Below are positions 1-9,861 of a DNA stretch of 54,408 nt, piece after piece. Within the stretch, counting starts at the first letter, position 1. The number at the start of each line of letters is the position of its first letter. The position numbers and the translations under genes are program-made. The stretch is from assembly GCA_029936315.1 (NCBI GenBank), contig JAPYTD010000022.1, positions 5,526 to 59,933 on the forward strand, written 5' to 3'. The notes under the pieces were generated by a model that was not told the DNA's origin, ran no database searches, and worked only from the letters and a program-made list of their open reading frames with translations. The stretch comes from Planctomycetota bacterium (GTDB lineage: Bacteria; Planctomycetota; UBA1135; UBA2386).

Positions 1-16
1 GCCGATTAGAAATCGG

Positions 17-1852
17 CTACACGTCGCGGAACTTGCCGCCATTCTGCTTCGCGATGCGGCGCATCAGCTCGGCGGGACTCAGGGTCATCCGGTTTTGGCG
101 TTGTCTCTCTTCGTCCGGCGTTGCCGAGCTGATGAACACAGCGTTGATTCGCACTTCCTTGAAGCGGTTGATCTCCGCAATCAGGCGCAGAATCTCGACT
201 GGGTCCTGCACGTCGCCGACTGACGGCGCGCCATCGGACAGCAAGAAGATCTCATCGACCGTGGTCTCGTAGTGGTTGCCGTAGACGAGCGACTTGATGT
301 TGAGTGCCGATTCCACGCCACTCCACAGGTTGGTGCCACCGAGCGGCTTCAGCTTCGCGACGAACTTCTTGAAGCTCACCTTGTTGCGCTTACTGGCTGC
401 GACGAGCTTCTTGCGCCAGCTGTCGGCCTTGTCGGATCCATTGAACGTGACCAGGTTAAACATCGCGTTTGGCGACAGCCCATCGATCGCCTTGAGCAGT
501 TCGCGCTTGGCGTAGTCGAGGCGGCGCATCTTGCCGCCACCGTCGTTCATCGGCCAATCCATGCTGCCGGACAGGTCGAGGATGAAGACCACCCGTGAGC
601 CTTCGACGGGGATGCCGACGAAGCCGGCTGCTGCGGTGCCAGCCTTGGTAGTCCGCTCGCGCTTCTCGGTGACCTTGATGTTGTCCTTCTCCTTGTCCCA
701 GAGTTCGCGCCATTGGTCTGGTTGGTTGGCGGAGTAGACGGCGCCAGTCATGCTGACCAGTAGGTCGTGCACGCGCGTCTTCAGCAGGTAACTCAGCTTG
801 CCGGACTCAACGTCCTTGGGATTGTCACGGAAGCGCTCGAGCACTGCGATCAGCGCCGGCACAGCTTCACCCGAGCGGAAGTCGTCAAGCAGGCGCACGA
901 GCACCATGTCGGCGCGCCAGGTCGTGCGGCCCAGTGCTTTGATCGCGGCGCGAACGGCAAGGCGTGCCGTCGGTGGCGCCGGGCGAGCGGGAGCTTCCTT
1001 AGCGTCGTCCTTGTCGGCATCGCCTTCGCCAGCTTCGCCTCCCTTGGGCTTCTTATCGTCGCTGGCTCTGATCTTCTCGCGGTTGAGGTCGTCCTCCGCG
1101 TCCCGCATGAACTTTGCGTAGATGGTGCGCAGGGCCTTGGCCGCTGTCACGAGCACCGCGTCGTCGGTCTCTCCATCGACGACGCGGACCAGCGCACGCG
1201 TCGCCTTCTCATCCCCGATCCTCTGCAGGGCATCGATTGCATGGATGCGAACCATCGGGCTGGCATCGGCGAGCGCGGCTTCGATGACCGGCTCGTATGC
1301 CTCATCCTTGATGTAGCCGAGTGCCAACAGTGCGGCGGAGCGTAGCTCCTTGCTGGATTTGCCCTTGTGCCACTCCCCGCGTGCGCCCGCGGCAAGTGCT
1401 TCCTTGGCTTCCTCGCTGGTGAGCATCTTCATGGTCTCGAGCGCGATGGAGCGCACTCGGTAGGGGGCCATGGCGTAGGTGAACTTGCGCTTCGGGTTGA
1501 GTCCGACACTCGCTGCGTCGGCCATTGCGCGTGCCGCCTTGGCATTGTCCAGCGCGGCCGTCGCTTCGAGGATGGCCTTGAGGTCCCCCGCGTTCGTCAG
1601 GTTGCCCGGATCCCCTTTGGCACGGACCTTGTATTTGACGGCGAGCGACTTCTTGCCGATGTCCCGCTTGCTGCGGTAGTTGATTTTGCCCTTGCGGTAG
1701 AGCTTCAGCCACGCGTCGAGCGCCTTCAGGGGCTGGCCCTGTGGCTTCTGAACGAGACCACGGGATTCGACCGCGGACGGCGTGAATGGACGGAAGTCAG
1801 ATTCTGCGGGCGGGAGGGCGCCGCAGATGGTGGCGATTAGCAGGGCGAACAT
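17..1852 (-). CDS. Secreted HEAT-repeat / VWA-domain protein
   Basis: 611 aa ORF with N-terminal signal peptide, HEAT-like helices (LRSAALLALG, VRIHAIDAL) and a C-terminal VWA domain with MIDAS DLSGSM, GGTN and LLSDGAP. Confidence 0.8.
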   Translation of the reverse strand: MFALLIATICGALPPAESDFRPFTPSAVESRGLVQKPQGQPLKALDAWLKLYRKGKINYRSKRDIGKKSLAVKYKVRAKGDPGNLTNAGDLKAILEATAALDNAKAARAMADAASVGLNPKRKFTYAMAPYRVRSIALETMKMLTSEEAKEALAAGARGEWHKGKSSKELRSAALLALGYIKDEAYEPVIEAALADASPMVRIHAIDALQRIGDEKATRALVRVVDGETDDAVLVTAAKALRTIYAKFMRDAEDDLNREKIRASDDKKPKGGEAGEGDADKDDAKEAPARPAPPTARLAVRAAIKALGRTTWRADMVLVRLLDDFRSGEAVPALIAVLERFRDNPKDVESGKLSYLLKTRVHDLLVSMTGAVYSANQPDQWRELWDKEKDNIKVTEKRERTTKAGTAAAGFVGIPVEGSRVVFILDLSGSMDWPMNDGGGKMRRLDYAKRELLKAIDGLSPNAMFNLVTFNGSDKADSWRKKLVAASKRNKVSFKKFVAKLKPLGGTNLWSGVESALNIKSLVYGNHYETTVDEIFLLSDGAPSVGDVQDPVEILRLIAEINRFKEVRINAVFISSATPDEERQRQNRMTLSPAELMRRIAKQNGGKFRDV

Positions 1853-1927
1853 TCGTCGAACGGTTTGGCCAGGGCGGGCCGGAGGGGGTGGCCCACTCTA
1901 GCCAGAGTCCGTCCGCGAGTTGCAGGA

Positions 1928-3097
1928 TCAGCGGTTTTGGGTCCACTCGATCTGGATCCGCATGAAGTTGGCGTTCACTTCGCTGCGCGGTGCTACCCAA
2001 CTCGAACCGCAATCGTTACCAAGCAAGAACGCTGTGCCCGGATGTATCCTCTGGAGTCGGTTGTGCCCTTGCTGCGGGTCGCCAACGATGAGGAACAGCT
2101 TGGCGAACACCCCTGGGCGCTGGGTGTTGAGCACCATCAGGTGGTTATATTCTTCGTGCTGATTGCGTGGTTTGAAGGTGATCGCGCTTGAGATATTGGC
2201 CAGGCGATGGTCACTGAGAATCGGTGCGACGATCGCTTCGATCGTTTGGGCGGTAGGGGCTTCGAATCCTGCTACTTGGTCGAGCCTTTTGACGGCGGAC
2301 CGCAGTTCGAAGCCCACTTCGGCGTCCATGAAGAACAGCGCCTGATGTTCGCGGAGATCGAGCAGTAGGTGGCCAAAGTCCCGCATTTCGTTTGCGCTAT
2401 CCAGGACCTCTTTGATCGCCATGCTGTGATCGAACTCGGGATTGCGCATGTTGCGTATCCCTCGCGCGGCCGTCATGTAGCGGTCTTCGAACTGGCGCGA
2501 CGTTTCGATCGCGACAACCTCGTACGATAGCGGCTTGAGCCACGACGGCTGGTTGCTCAAATTTGGCAGGCGTCGCGGCTCCAGCGTGCCGTGGCTGGTG
2601 TTTGCGGCGAGCTCAGTCCCCGCCCCGCCGCCGACTTGGCGATTGCCGATGAGACTCCGCTCATCCCTGTTCGTAAAGTTCCTGTTCGTAACGTTCCTGT
2701 TCGTAGCGTCCCTGTTTGCAACGTTCGCCGTAGTGGGCGTAGCCAAATCGCCGGACGTGTCATGCAGGTAGCTGACGCCAATCAGTAACGCCGCCGCCGC
2801 CGCAGCACCGGTGAACGCGTAACGCAACTTGCTCCACAGCGGCACATCTTCTTGGAAGACCGCGCTCGGCGTGCCTTCGCCGGCGTGAATGCGCTCCCAC
2901 AGTTGCTCGCGGAAGCCGTTGTCGACCTCTTGCTGATGTAGGGTGAGCGTCAGTTGTTGAGCAGCTTGCAGCTCAAGCCAGAACGTGCCGCAAGTCGCGC
3001 ACGACTCGGCGTGGTTTATGACTTCGCTGCGGCGGCCTGACGGCAGTCGGCCGTCGAGGCACTGAGACAGTTCGTAGCGACAGGTTGTACAGTTCAT
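1928..3097 (-). CDS. Zinc-finger (zf-HC2) transmembrane anti-sigma factor
   Basis: N-terminal C..HAESCATC (HxxxCxxC) motif, one hydrophobic helix (AFTGAAAAAALLIGV), 16 bp downstream of an ECF sigma gene. Confidence 0.8.
   Translation of the reverse strand: MNCTTCRYELSQCLDGRLPSGRRSEVINHAESCATCGTFWLELQAAQQLTLTLHQQEVDNGFREQLWERIHAGEGTPSAVFQEDVPLWSKLRYAFTGAAAAAALLIGVSYLHDTSGDLATPTTANVANRDATNRNVTNRNFTNRDERSLIGNRQVGGGAGTELAANTSHGTLEPRRLPNLSNQPSWLKPLSYEVVAIETSRQFEDRYMTAARGIRNMRNPEFDHSMAIKEVLDSANEMRDFGHLLLDLREHQALFFMDAEVGFELRSAVKRLDQVAGFEAPTAQTIEAIVAPILSDHRLANISSAITFKPRNQHEEYNHLMVLNTQRPGVFAKLFLIVGDPQQGHNRLQRIHPGTAFLLGNDCGSSWVAPRSEVNANFMRIQIEWTQNR
2666..2725. repeat. Four 15-bp tandem units (CCTGTTCGTAnnGTT-like) encoding NRxxT repeats
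   Basis: cctgttcgtaaagtt / cctgttcgtaacgtt / cctgttcgtagcgtc / cctgtttgcaacgtt read directly from the sequence. Confidence 0.85.
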
Positions 3098-3113
3098 CAG
3101 TTGAGGTTCTCGC

Positions 3114-3674
3114 TCACACCTTGATCAAACGGCTTACCATTGAAGTGAATCGTTGGCGCGCGCGGAACAGCCGGGTTGAAACCGTCTTGACGGGGCAGCC
3201 CATCACGGCGGCAGCATCTTCGTAACTCATCCCTTCAACTTCGCAGAGCAAGAAGGCCTCCCGGAACTTGGTCGGCAACTCACTGATTGCTCGCTCGATT
3301 GCGACCTGCGCTTCGCGCGTTTCGGCGATGGCGTCGGGCTGTTCGCTGCGGTGATCCGTCGGCGTAAACGGCTGGTCGTCGTCCTTCTGCAGGTCGCGGA
3401 AGAGGCTTATCTTGAACTTGCGCCGACGTAGTTGGTCGAGGCACAGGTTGCGGGCGACGCGGAACAGCCACGGCCGGAAGGCGGCGGCGGGTACCTGATT
3501 CAGGTGACGGTAGAGCGCCAGGAAGGCGTCCTGGGCAACATCCTCCGCCGCAATAGGGTCGCCAAGAAGCCGGCTCGCGTAGGCCTTGAGGCTGTCGGCG
3601 TGCTCGGCCAGGGCACGATGGTAGGAGACCATCGTGACCGGGTCTGGCTGGTATTCGTGGTTGGACTGTGCCAT
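3114..3674 (-). CDS. ECF-family RNA polymerase sigma factor
   Basis: Region 2 AEDVAQDAFL, FRPWLFRVARNLCLD; region 4 EGMSYEDAAAVMGCPVKTVSTRLFRAR. Confidence 0.95.
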   Translation of the reverse strand: MAQSNHEYQPDPVTMVSYHRALAEHADSLKAYASRLLGDPIAAEDVAQDAFLALYRHLNQVPAAAFRPWLFRVARNLCLDQLRRRKFKISLFRDLQKDDDQPFTPTDHRSEQPDAIAETREAQVAIERAISELPTKFREAFLLCEVEGMSYEDAAAVMGCPVKTVSTRLFRARQRFTSMVSRLIKV

Positions 3675-3841
3675 GACGAAAGGGCGGGTCGGGAGGTGCG
3701 TGGGTAGGGTATCCGGCCGGAACCGTCGACAAGGGCATCATCGGTTGCGGATAGACCTTTGAGGACGGGATCCGAGCTGGGAAACTCCGGGGCGACGAAA
3801 AACAGGTCCCAAAGCGATCTTGAGGCCTACGTCATCCACCT

Positions 3842-4723
3842 ATGAAGACCCAAAACACTGACTTTGCACGCGATGGTATCGGTGCTTTGCTCATTTCGGC
3901 CCTTTTGGGCGCCTCGATGCTGCTCGGCGGCTGCGCGCACCGGTCCGTTGTGAGCATCGACGGGTCGCTGCCATTCGGGCCTGAGGTTCAGAGGATCCGA
4001 ATCGAGATGCAGAACGGTTCGCTCGGGGTCTTGGCCATCGAAGCCTCTGCGGCCGCGAACGAACTGACCTACGTTGGCGGACTCCGCCGGGATGCTAATA
4101 CCGCCGAAGGACTCGTTGCGCTCGCGAACGTGGCCGATGTGCTTAGTGCGGCCATGGATCCGAAGCAGTCGGGCACGCTGGTGGTTCGCTGTCCGACCGC
4201 GCCGGCCGGCGTGCAGGGGATGATCGCCTACGAGGGCAGCATCAGCATCCCGGCCGCAATGCCCTTGGAGGTTACGGTTACGAGCAATGGCCACGTCACG
4301 CTGATGGACCGCGGCGCGTCCAGCAAGGTCGTGACACGGCGCGGGGACCTGCGCTTCGAGCGATGTAAGGGCGCCATCGAGGCCAACACGGGCCAGGGTA
4401 TGTTGATCGCGTTCGACCATGAGGGCGACATCGATGTGCGCACCGGGCTTGGCGACATGCAGGTGTTCGTGGTCAAGCCAGGCGACCAAATCACCCTTAG
4501 CACCGGCAAGGGAACCGTGCAGTGTCACGTTCCAGGGGACATTGGCTGCGAGGTCGATGCGCGCGCAGAGATTGGGCGGATTGGCAATGACTTCGGCTTT
4601 GAGGTGCGCAGAGTCGGCGACTACAGCGCGGCAATGACTGGCAGGCGCGGCACTGCGAAAACCCGCGTGATTCTGCGTACGGCTTCGGGACACATTTCTC
4701 TCATCCAGCGCAAGTCTCCCTAG
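3842..4723 (+). CDS. Lipoprotein with DUF4097/adhesin-like beta-strand repeats
   Basis: Lipobox LGGC; repeated motifs TSNGHV, TRRGDL, TGQGML, TGLGDM, TGKGTV, TASGHI. Confidence 0.7.
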   Translation: MKTQNTDFARDGIGALLISALLGASMLLGGCAHRSVVSIDGSLPFGPEVQRIRIEMQNGSLGVLAIEASAAANELTYVGGLRRDANTAEGLVALANVADVLSAAMDPKQSGTLVVRCPTAPAGVQGMIAYEGSISIPAAMPLEVTVTSNGHVTLMDRGASSKVVTRRGDLRFERCKGAIEANTGQGMLIAFDHEGDIDVRTGLGDMQVFVVKPGDQITLSTGKGTVQCHVPGDIGCEVDARAEIGRIGNDFGFEVRRVGDYSAAMTGRRGTAKTRVILRTASGHISLIQRKSP

Positions 4724-4808
4724 CCGCGGGGTTTCGGGGCTGACGGAGGGAGCAAGAACAGGGTCGGTAGTTACCTGCACCGAGATGTGGCCTAGGCGGC
4801 GGTGGCTT

Positions 4809-4840
4809 CCGACTTCCTTTTCTGAATTAGGAAATGTCGG
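4809..4840. promoter_or_regulatory. Imperfect inverted repeat, possible operator
   Basis: CCGACTTCCT-N10-AGGAA(AT)GTCGG in the intergenic region upstream of the Fis-HTH gene. Confidence 0.3.
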
Positions 4841-4970
4841 CAGGAACCTCACGAAATCGCCCACGTCTCGTAGCAAGCACTAGCCCCCAAGACCCCTGAC
4901 CCTAGTCGCCCGCACTGCGCTTCGGTATCGCCGCCGCAAACGCAAATAATACGGGTGAAGCCAATCAATC

Positions 4971-5381
4971 ATGACCCTCGGCAAAAGACTGCTCGTCTAT
5001 TCCGCTCAAGACCCATCCGCACAGAACCTGACGAAGGCCACCGCTGAGTGGGGATGCATGGTCTCCGCATGTGGCTCAATCGATGAACTGCGCGGCCGCA
5101 TCGAAGGTGCTGATTTCGACTACGTGTTGGTCGAGTCCTCCGTGGACTTGCAACGCCTCCTCGCGGAGAAGAGCATCCAAGAGACGCTGACGTTGCCCCT
5201 CGCCGAAGTCGAGAAGCGCCACATCCAGCGCGTCCTCGCTTCGACCGGTGGCAACAAGACTCGTGCTGCTCGCGTGCTCGGGATCGACACCAAGACGCTC
5301 TACAACAAGCTCAAGAGCTACAAGTCGTCCGAAGAGCTCGCGCGCAAGCGTGGTCTTGGCGCCGGGTCAGTGGCGATCTAG
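4971..5381 (+). CDS. Small Fis-family HTH regulator with degenerate receiver-like N-terminus
   Basis: C-terminal LAEVEKRHIQRVLASTGGNKTRAARVLGIDTKTLYNKLK is a typical NtrC/Fis HTH; no AAA+ domain. Confidence 0.8.
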   Translation: MTLGKRLLVYSAQDPSAQNLTKATAEWGCMVSACGSIDELRGRIEGADFDYVLVESSVDLQRLLAEKSIQETLTLPLAEVEKRHIQRVLASTGGNKTRAARVLGIDTKTLYNKLKSYKSSEELARKRGLGAGSVAI

Positions 5382-5512
5382 CCCAAGATCATTGTGCAAA
5401 GCGCGACCGTTGCCATTGGCGGTTTGCGCATCGGTAGTCCGCGGTGCCAGCCAGATTGGGTTTGGTGAGGCAGACTGTTTCGGCGCGCCGAGTCCGGCCG
5501 CCGGGAAAGCCT

Positions 5513-5767
5513 ATGGACCGCGTAGACACCCTCATCGCTGAGCTTTCTTGCCGTTATCAGAACACCAACAGCAAGTTCTTGACGGCTGTTCGGCCCTTCG
5601 TCGTGAAGATCCTCGACGCCAAGACTTCGGAAGATGCGCGAGTTCCTCTCCTTGAGATGCTCGCTGAGACCTTTGAACGCGATGTCACCGTGCGGGCAGG
5701 CTGCGAGTCCGCCCGCGTCGCATGGGCTCAGTTCACGGAGCTCTTGATGCGCCTGCTCAAGGGCTGA
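5513..5767 (+). CDS. Hypothetical helical protein (84 aa)
   Basis: ATG at 5513 (MDRVDTLIAELS...), codon usage typical of neighbouring genes; no family recognised. Confidence 0.6.
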   Translation: MDRVDTLIAELSCRYQNTNSKFLTAVRPFVVKILDAKTSEDARVPLLEMLAETFERDVTVRAGCESARVAWAQFTELLMRLLKG

Positions 5768-5774
5768 GAAACCC

Positions 5775-5895
5775 CACACTCGCCTGGGAGGAGTCCAACT
5801 CCGAGAGTTTCTACCGTTGCCCGAACTTAGGCGTATTCGGGGAAACCTCGATGTGACCGTGCGAAGCCCCAACGTTGGTTTGCGGCGTAAGTGAG
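5775..5895. ncRNA. Candidate structured RNA (long irregular hairpin); family unassigned
   Basis: Nested complementarity: CACTCGCC 5777-5784 with GGCG(TA)AGTG 5884-5893; CGAG(A)GTTTC 5802-5811 with GAAACCTCG 5842-5850; CCCGAA 5820-5825 with TTCGGG 5836-5841. Confidence 0.3.
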
Positions 5896-6111
5896 ATCGC
5901 TGCCAGCAAGCACTTATGCACTGTCAGCGGGAGCCGAGAATGGGCTGATCGCCGGGGGCGCGATCCAATCGCACACCTGAATCCGCGATGGGCCATGATT
6001 CGCCGGCTTCGATCCTTTGCCTGCAGTGCCCGTCGTGGATTCTACTTTTCCGGCCGCTAACCCTAGCCACGCTGGACTCCTCTGAAGCCAGACGCCAAAG
6101 TGCTCGCCCCA

Positions 6112-7222
6112 ATGGGTCTGCAAGAGCACAAAGAGGTTCTCAAAGCGGCCGACGAGCGGCTCCAATCGCTCAAGGTGTCACTTTGACTACGTTCGTCACC
6201 ACCGCGAGCTAGCGGATATCGAAAACCAGATGTCCCAGCCCGGCTTCTGGGATGACGCGGAACGCGCCCAGAAAGTCGTTCAACAAAAGAAATTATGCAC
6301 GCAGGTGGTCGAACCAATCGACCGCCTCGGCCAGTTCCTTGAAGACGGCTACGTTTTGGTCGAGATGGGCGAAGACGATCCGCGGGCCGTCGAAGCCGAG
6401 CTGCAAGCGGGCAAGGCTGCGTTGGCTGAGGGCATGGATACTCTTGAGTTCCAACTGATGCTGGGCGGTCCGCACGACGTGTCCAATGCCATTGTCACTT
6501 TGCAGCCGGGAGCCGGCGGCGTCGATGCATCGGACTTCGCCGAGATGCTGCTTCGCATGTACGTGAAGTGGGCCGCCAAGCGCGACTACGACGTTGCTGA
6601 GATGGACTTCCAGAAGGCAGAAGAGGCCGGCATCCGTAACGTCACGATCATCATCAAGGGCCCGTATGCCTACGGCCGGATGAAGGCCGAGCAGGGCGTG
6701 CACCGTTTGGTGCGCATCTCGCCGTTCGACGGCAACGCGCGTCGGCAGACGTCGTTTGCGTCGGTCGAAGTTGTGCCCGAGCTTGAAGATGATTTTTCGA
6801 TCGAGATCCGCAAGGACGACCTGCGCGTCGACACGTATCGCGCGTCCGGCGCAGGTGGCCAGCACGTCAACAAGACGGAGTCAGCGATTCGGTTGACGCA
6901 CTTGCCAACGGGCCTGGTCGTTGCGTGCCAGACCGAGCGCAGCCAACACAAGAATCGCGACTCCGCGATGAAGGCGCTGCGTTCGAAGCTCTACCAACTC
7001 GAATTGGCCAAGCGCGAAGAGGAGCTGGCCAAGTTCTACGGCGATCGCGGTTCGATCAGCTGGGGCAACCAGATTCGAAGCTACGTGCTGCAGCCTTACC
7101 AGATGTGCAAGGACCTGCGCACTGAAGTTGAGACATCGGATGTTTCCGGGGTTCTGGACGGCAATCTCGATCCATTCATCGAAGGTTATTTAAAGATGCG
7201 AAAGAGCGAGGCAAAGGCATGA
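6112..7222 (+). CDS. prfB: Peptide chain release factor 2 (programmed +1 frameshift)
   Basis: First frame 6112-6183 (MGLQEHKEVLKAADERLQSLKVSL) ends in CTT TGA C; the +1 frame (DYVRHHRELADIENQMSQPGFW) joins the ORF containing SPF and GGQ motifs. Confidence 0.95.
6172..6187 (+). promoter_or_regulatory. RF2 frameshift cassette (internal SD plus CTT TGA C)
   Basis: AAGGTG TCA CTT TGA C matches the established SD-N3-CUU UGA C layout. Confidence 0.92.
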
Positions 7223-8796
7223 GGCGCGCGCTGTTGTCAGTAACGGACAAGCAGGGAATCACTGAGTTCGCTGCTGGGTTGGTCGAAGCGGGGTTCTCGC
7301 TGTTGTCGACGGGTGGCACGCACCGTGCGATCGCCGGAGCCGGTGTCGAGGTGCAGGAAGTCGCGGACTACACGGGCTTCCCCGAGATGATGGATGGTCG
7401 GGTCAAGACACTGCATCCCAAGGTGCACGGTGGGTTGTTGGCACGGCGCGACGACGAAGCGCACGTTGCGGCGATGGGGGAGCATGGCATCGACGCGATC
7501 GATCTACTGTGCGTCAACCTCTACCGCTTCCGCGAGACGGTTCGGCGCGAGGGCATCGATCGCCAGGAGATCGTCGAGAACATCGACATTGGTGGCCCTG
7601 CGATGATCCGCAGCGGCGCCAAGAACCACCGGAACGTCGCGGTCGTGGTTGACCCCAGCGACTACTCACAAGTGTTGCAGTTGCTGAAGGAGAACGACGG
7701 CCAGCTACCGAAGGACTTCCTGCGGCGGCTTGCCGCGAAGGCCTATGCGCACACTGCTGCATACGACTCGGCGATTGCTCAGTGGTTTGACGGCGAGCGT
7801 CGTGAGCAACCGGAGCAGCCATTTTTCGCGAGCAACGTGGTAACTGCCGGCGAGAAGGTCAGCGATCTTCGTTACGGCGAGAACCCGCACCAGAAGGCTG
7901 CCTACTACACAGTTGGAGATTCTGCACCGAGTCTGGCTGGCGCCAAGCTGCTCGGTGGCAAGGCGCTCAGCTACAACAACATCCTCGACGCCGATGCGGC
8001 GATGCAGCTCGCCTTTGAGTTTGATCGAACCAGTTGCGTGTTGGTGAAGCACAGCAACCCGTGTGGCACGGCCGTCGCGGGCGACCTGCCGCGCGCCTTT
8101 GAGTTGGCGCTGTCGGGTGACCCGGTGTCCGCGTTTGGCGGCATCTTCGCAACCAACGTCACGTTTGACGCAACTACGGCTGCAGCGATCGTCGCGAGCG
8201 GAACGTTCCTCGAAGTCGTGATCGCACCGGCGATCGAGCCGCAGGCCATCGTCGAGTTGCAGAAGGCTAAGTGGGGCGCCAACGTCCGCATTCTCGAACT
8301 CGGGGGTGTGCCCGACAAGAGTGCGGGCCGTCTGGTGATGCGCCAGGTCAGCGGCGGGTTCCTGCTACAGACCGCGGACGTTCCGGCTGAAGCGCCTAAG
8401 CAGGACCTCGCGACCGAACGGGCCCCGAGCGATGCCGAGCAGAAGGCGCTCGCGTTTGCGTGGCTGTGCTGCAAGCACGTTAAGTCGAACGCAATCGTTC
8501 TGGCCCGCGCAACTGACGATGGCGCTTGCTACACGGTCGGAGTTGGCGCTGGCCAGATGAGCCGCGTTGACTCGGCCAAGATCGCGGTCGACAAGGCTGG
8601 CGATGCCACCGTGGGCTGCGTCGTCGCCAGCGATGCGTTCTTCCCGTTCGCGGATGGTCTGATCGTGTGTGCCGACGCCGGTGCAACGGCTGTGATCCAA
8701 CCGGGCGGCAGCAAACGTGACGCCGAAGTCGTGGCGGCCGCCGAAGAGCGCGGCATGGCCATGTGGATGACCGGCCAGCGCCATTTCCGCCACTAA
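7219..8796 (+). CDS. purH: Bifunctional AICAR transformylase / IMP cyclohydrolase
   Basis: [42 protein letters not shown]-terminal RHFRH. Confidence 0.97.
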   Translation: MRRALLSVTDKQGITEFAAGLVEAGFSLLSTGGTHRAIAGAGVEVQEVADYTGFPEMMDGRVKTLHPKVHGGLLARRDDEAHVAAMGEHGIDAIDLLCVNLYRFRETVRREGIDRQEIVENIDIGGPAMIRSGAKNHRNVAVVVDPSDYSQVLQLLKENDGQLPKDFLRRLAAKAYAHTAAYDSAIAQWFDGERREQPEQPFFASNVVTAGEKVSDLRYGENPHQKAAYYTVGDSAPSLAGAKLLGGKALSYNNILDADAAMQLAFEFDRTSCVLVKHSNPCGTAVAGDLPRAFELALSGDPVSAFGGIFATNVTFDATTAAAIVASGTFLEVVIAPAIEPQAIVELQKAKWGANVRILELGGVPDKSAGRLVMRQVSGGFLLQTADVPAEAPKQDLATERAPSDAEQKALAFAWLCCKHVKSNAIVLARATDDGACYTVGVGAGQMSRVDSAKIAVDKAGDATVGCVVASDAFFPFADGLIVCADAGATAVIQPGGSKRDAEVVAAAEERGMAMWMTGQRHFRH

Positions 8797-8803
8797 CGTT
8801 CTC

Positions 8804-9175
8804 ATGGTTGCAGCCAAAGAAATCAGTCGTGGGGTCAAGGACGTACTGCTCGGTGCGTCGATGCGTCAGGTCGCGGATGAATACCGCGAACGACTGGTTG
8901 AGGACTTTGGCTTTCGGCCAGATGAGGTTGAGTCAACCACGTTCAGCAAAGAGGTCGGCGCTTACATGCGTGCGCTGGCTCGCCACCTCGGTGATCGTCA
9001 CCAGGGCGACGTTCGCGTTGGCGAAGCACTGGCGACGTGGGTGCGGTTTACAGAGCACTACGAAGCGTGGGATGCGTTGCTGACAGGCTTCGAAGTCGAT
9101 GGCAAAGACGCGCTGATCCGTCGCGGTCGCTTGCTGTTCCCGAGCAGCCTGACGCATCACTGGGACGAAGAATGA
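8804..9175 (+). CDS. Hypothetical protein (123 aa)
   Basis: 7 bp after purH; stop overlaps the yggS start (ATGA); typical codon usage. Confidence 0.7.
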   Translation: MVAAKEISRGVKDVLLGASMRQVADEYRERLVEDFGFRPDEVESTTFSKEVGAYMRALARHLGDRHQGDVRVGEALATWVRFTEHYEAWDALLTGFEVDGKDALIRRGRLLFPSSLTHHWDEE

Positions 9176-9861
9176 CCGACATCGCGGCCAACTTCGCTGA
9201 GGTGCAACAACGCATCGCGGCTGGCTGCGTCGCCGCTGGTCGCTCACTTGATTCGGTCGCCTTGCTGGCAGTCAGCAAATACAGCCCTGCCGATGCTGTT
9301 CGCACGGCGTTGGCTACAGGCCACCTGGCGTTCGGTGAGAGCCGCGTGCAGGACTTGATTGGCAAGGCAAACGAGTTGCAGGCCGAGTCGCAGTTGCAGT
9401 GGCACCTGATCGGTTCGCTGCAGACCAACAAGGTCCGCGATCTGCTGCAGGTTCCCAACCTGACGCTCGTTCACAGCGTTGATCGCAACAAGCTCGCGGA
9501 CCAACTGCAGCGCGAACTGGTTGTTGCCGGCAAGAAACTCAACGTGCTGTTGCAGGTCAATGCAACCGGCGAGGAGTCGAAGCATGGCTGCCGACCGGAG
9601 ACCTTGTCCGAACTGTTGGATCACGTGCAGACGAACTGCACCGCGCTGCATGTGCAGGGGCTGATGGCCATGGGGCCGTTGCATGGCACGGCGCGTCCGG
9701 TGTTCGATCGCGTCGTTGCTTTGCGCGATAACCAACGCCAGCGTTCGGGGCTCGCCCTCGACACGCTGAGCATCGGCATGTCGGGCGATCTCGAGGATGC
9801 GATCGCTGCCGGCTCGACCATGGTTCGCGTTGGCACGTCACTGTTCGGCGACCGTTCGTGA
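9172..9861 (+). CDS. yggS: PLP homeostasis protein, YggS family
   Basis: LLAVSK, FGESRVQ, WHLIGSLQTNK, LSIGMSGD, GSTMVRVGTSLFG; start placed at ATG 9172. Confidence 0.95.
   Translation: MTDIAANFAEVQQRIAAGCVAAGRSLDSVALLAVSKYSPADAVRTALATGHLAFGESRVQDLIGKANELQAESQLQWHLIGSLQTNKVRDLLQVPNLTLVHSVDRNKLADQLQRELVVAGKKLNVLLQVNATGEESKHGCRPETLSELLDHVQTNCTALHVQGLMAMGPLHGTARPVFDRVVALRDNQRQRSGLALDTLSIGMSGDLEDAIAAGSTMVRVGTSLFGDRS

Noticed and set aside
4922-4938. Sigma-54 promoter (GG-N10-GC)
   Set aside because: Only the dinucleotides match; flanks differ from TGGCAC/TTGC and chance matches are common at this GC content.
5770-5895. tRNA-Sec, tmRNA or c-di-GMP-I riboswitch
   Set aside because: No cloverleaf, TCA anticodon arm or CCA-type end. 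GCAAACC..CGCA resembles GEMM but lacks the GNRA stem, and no real gene follows on that strand.
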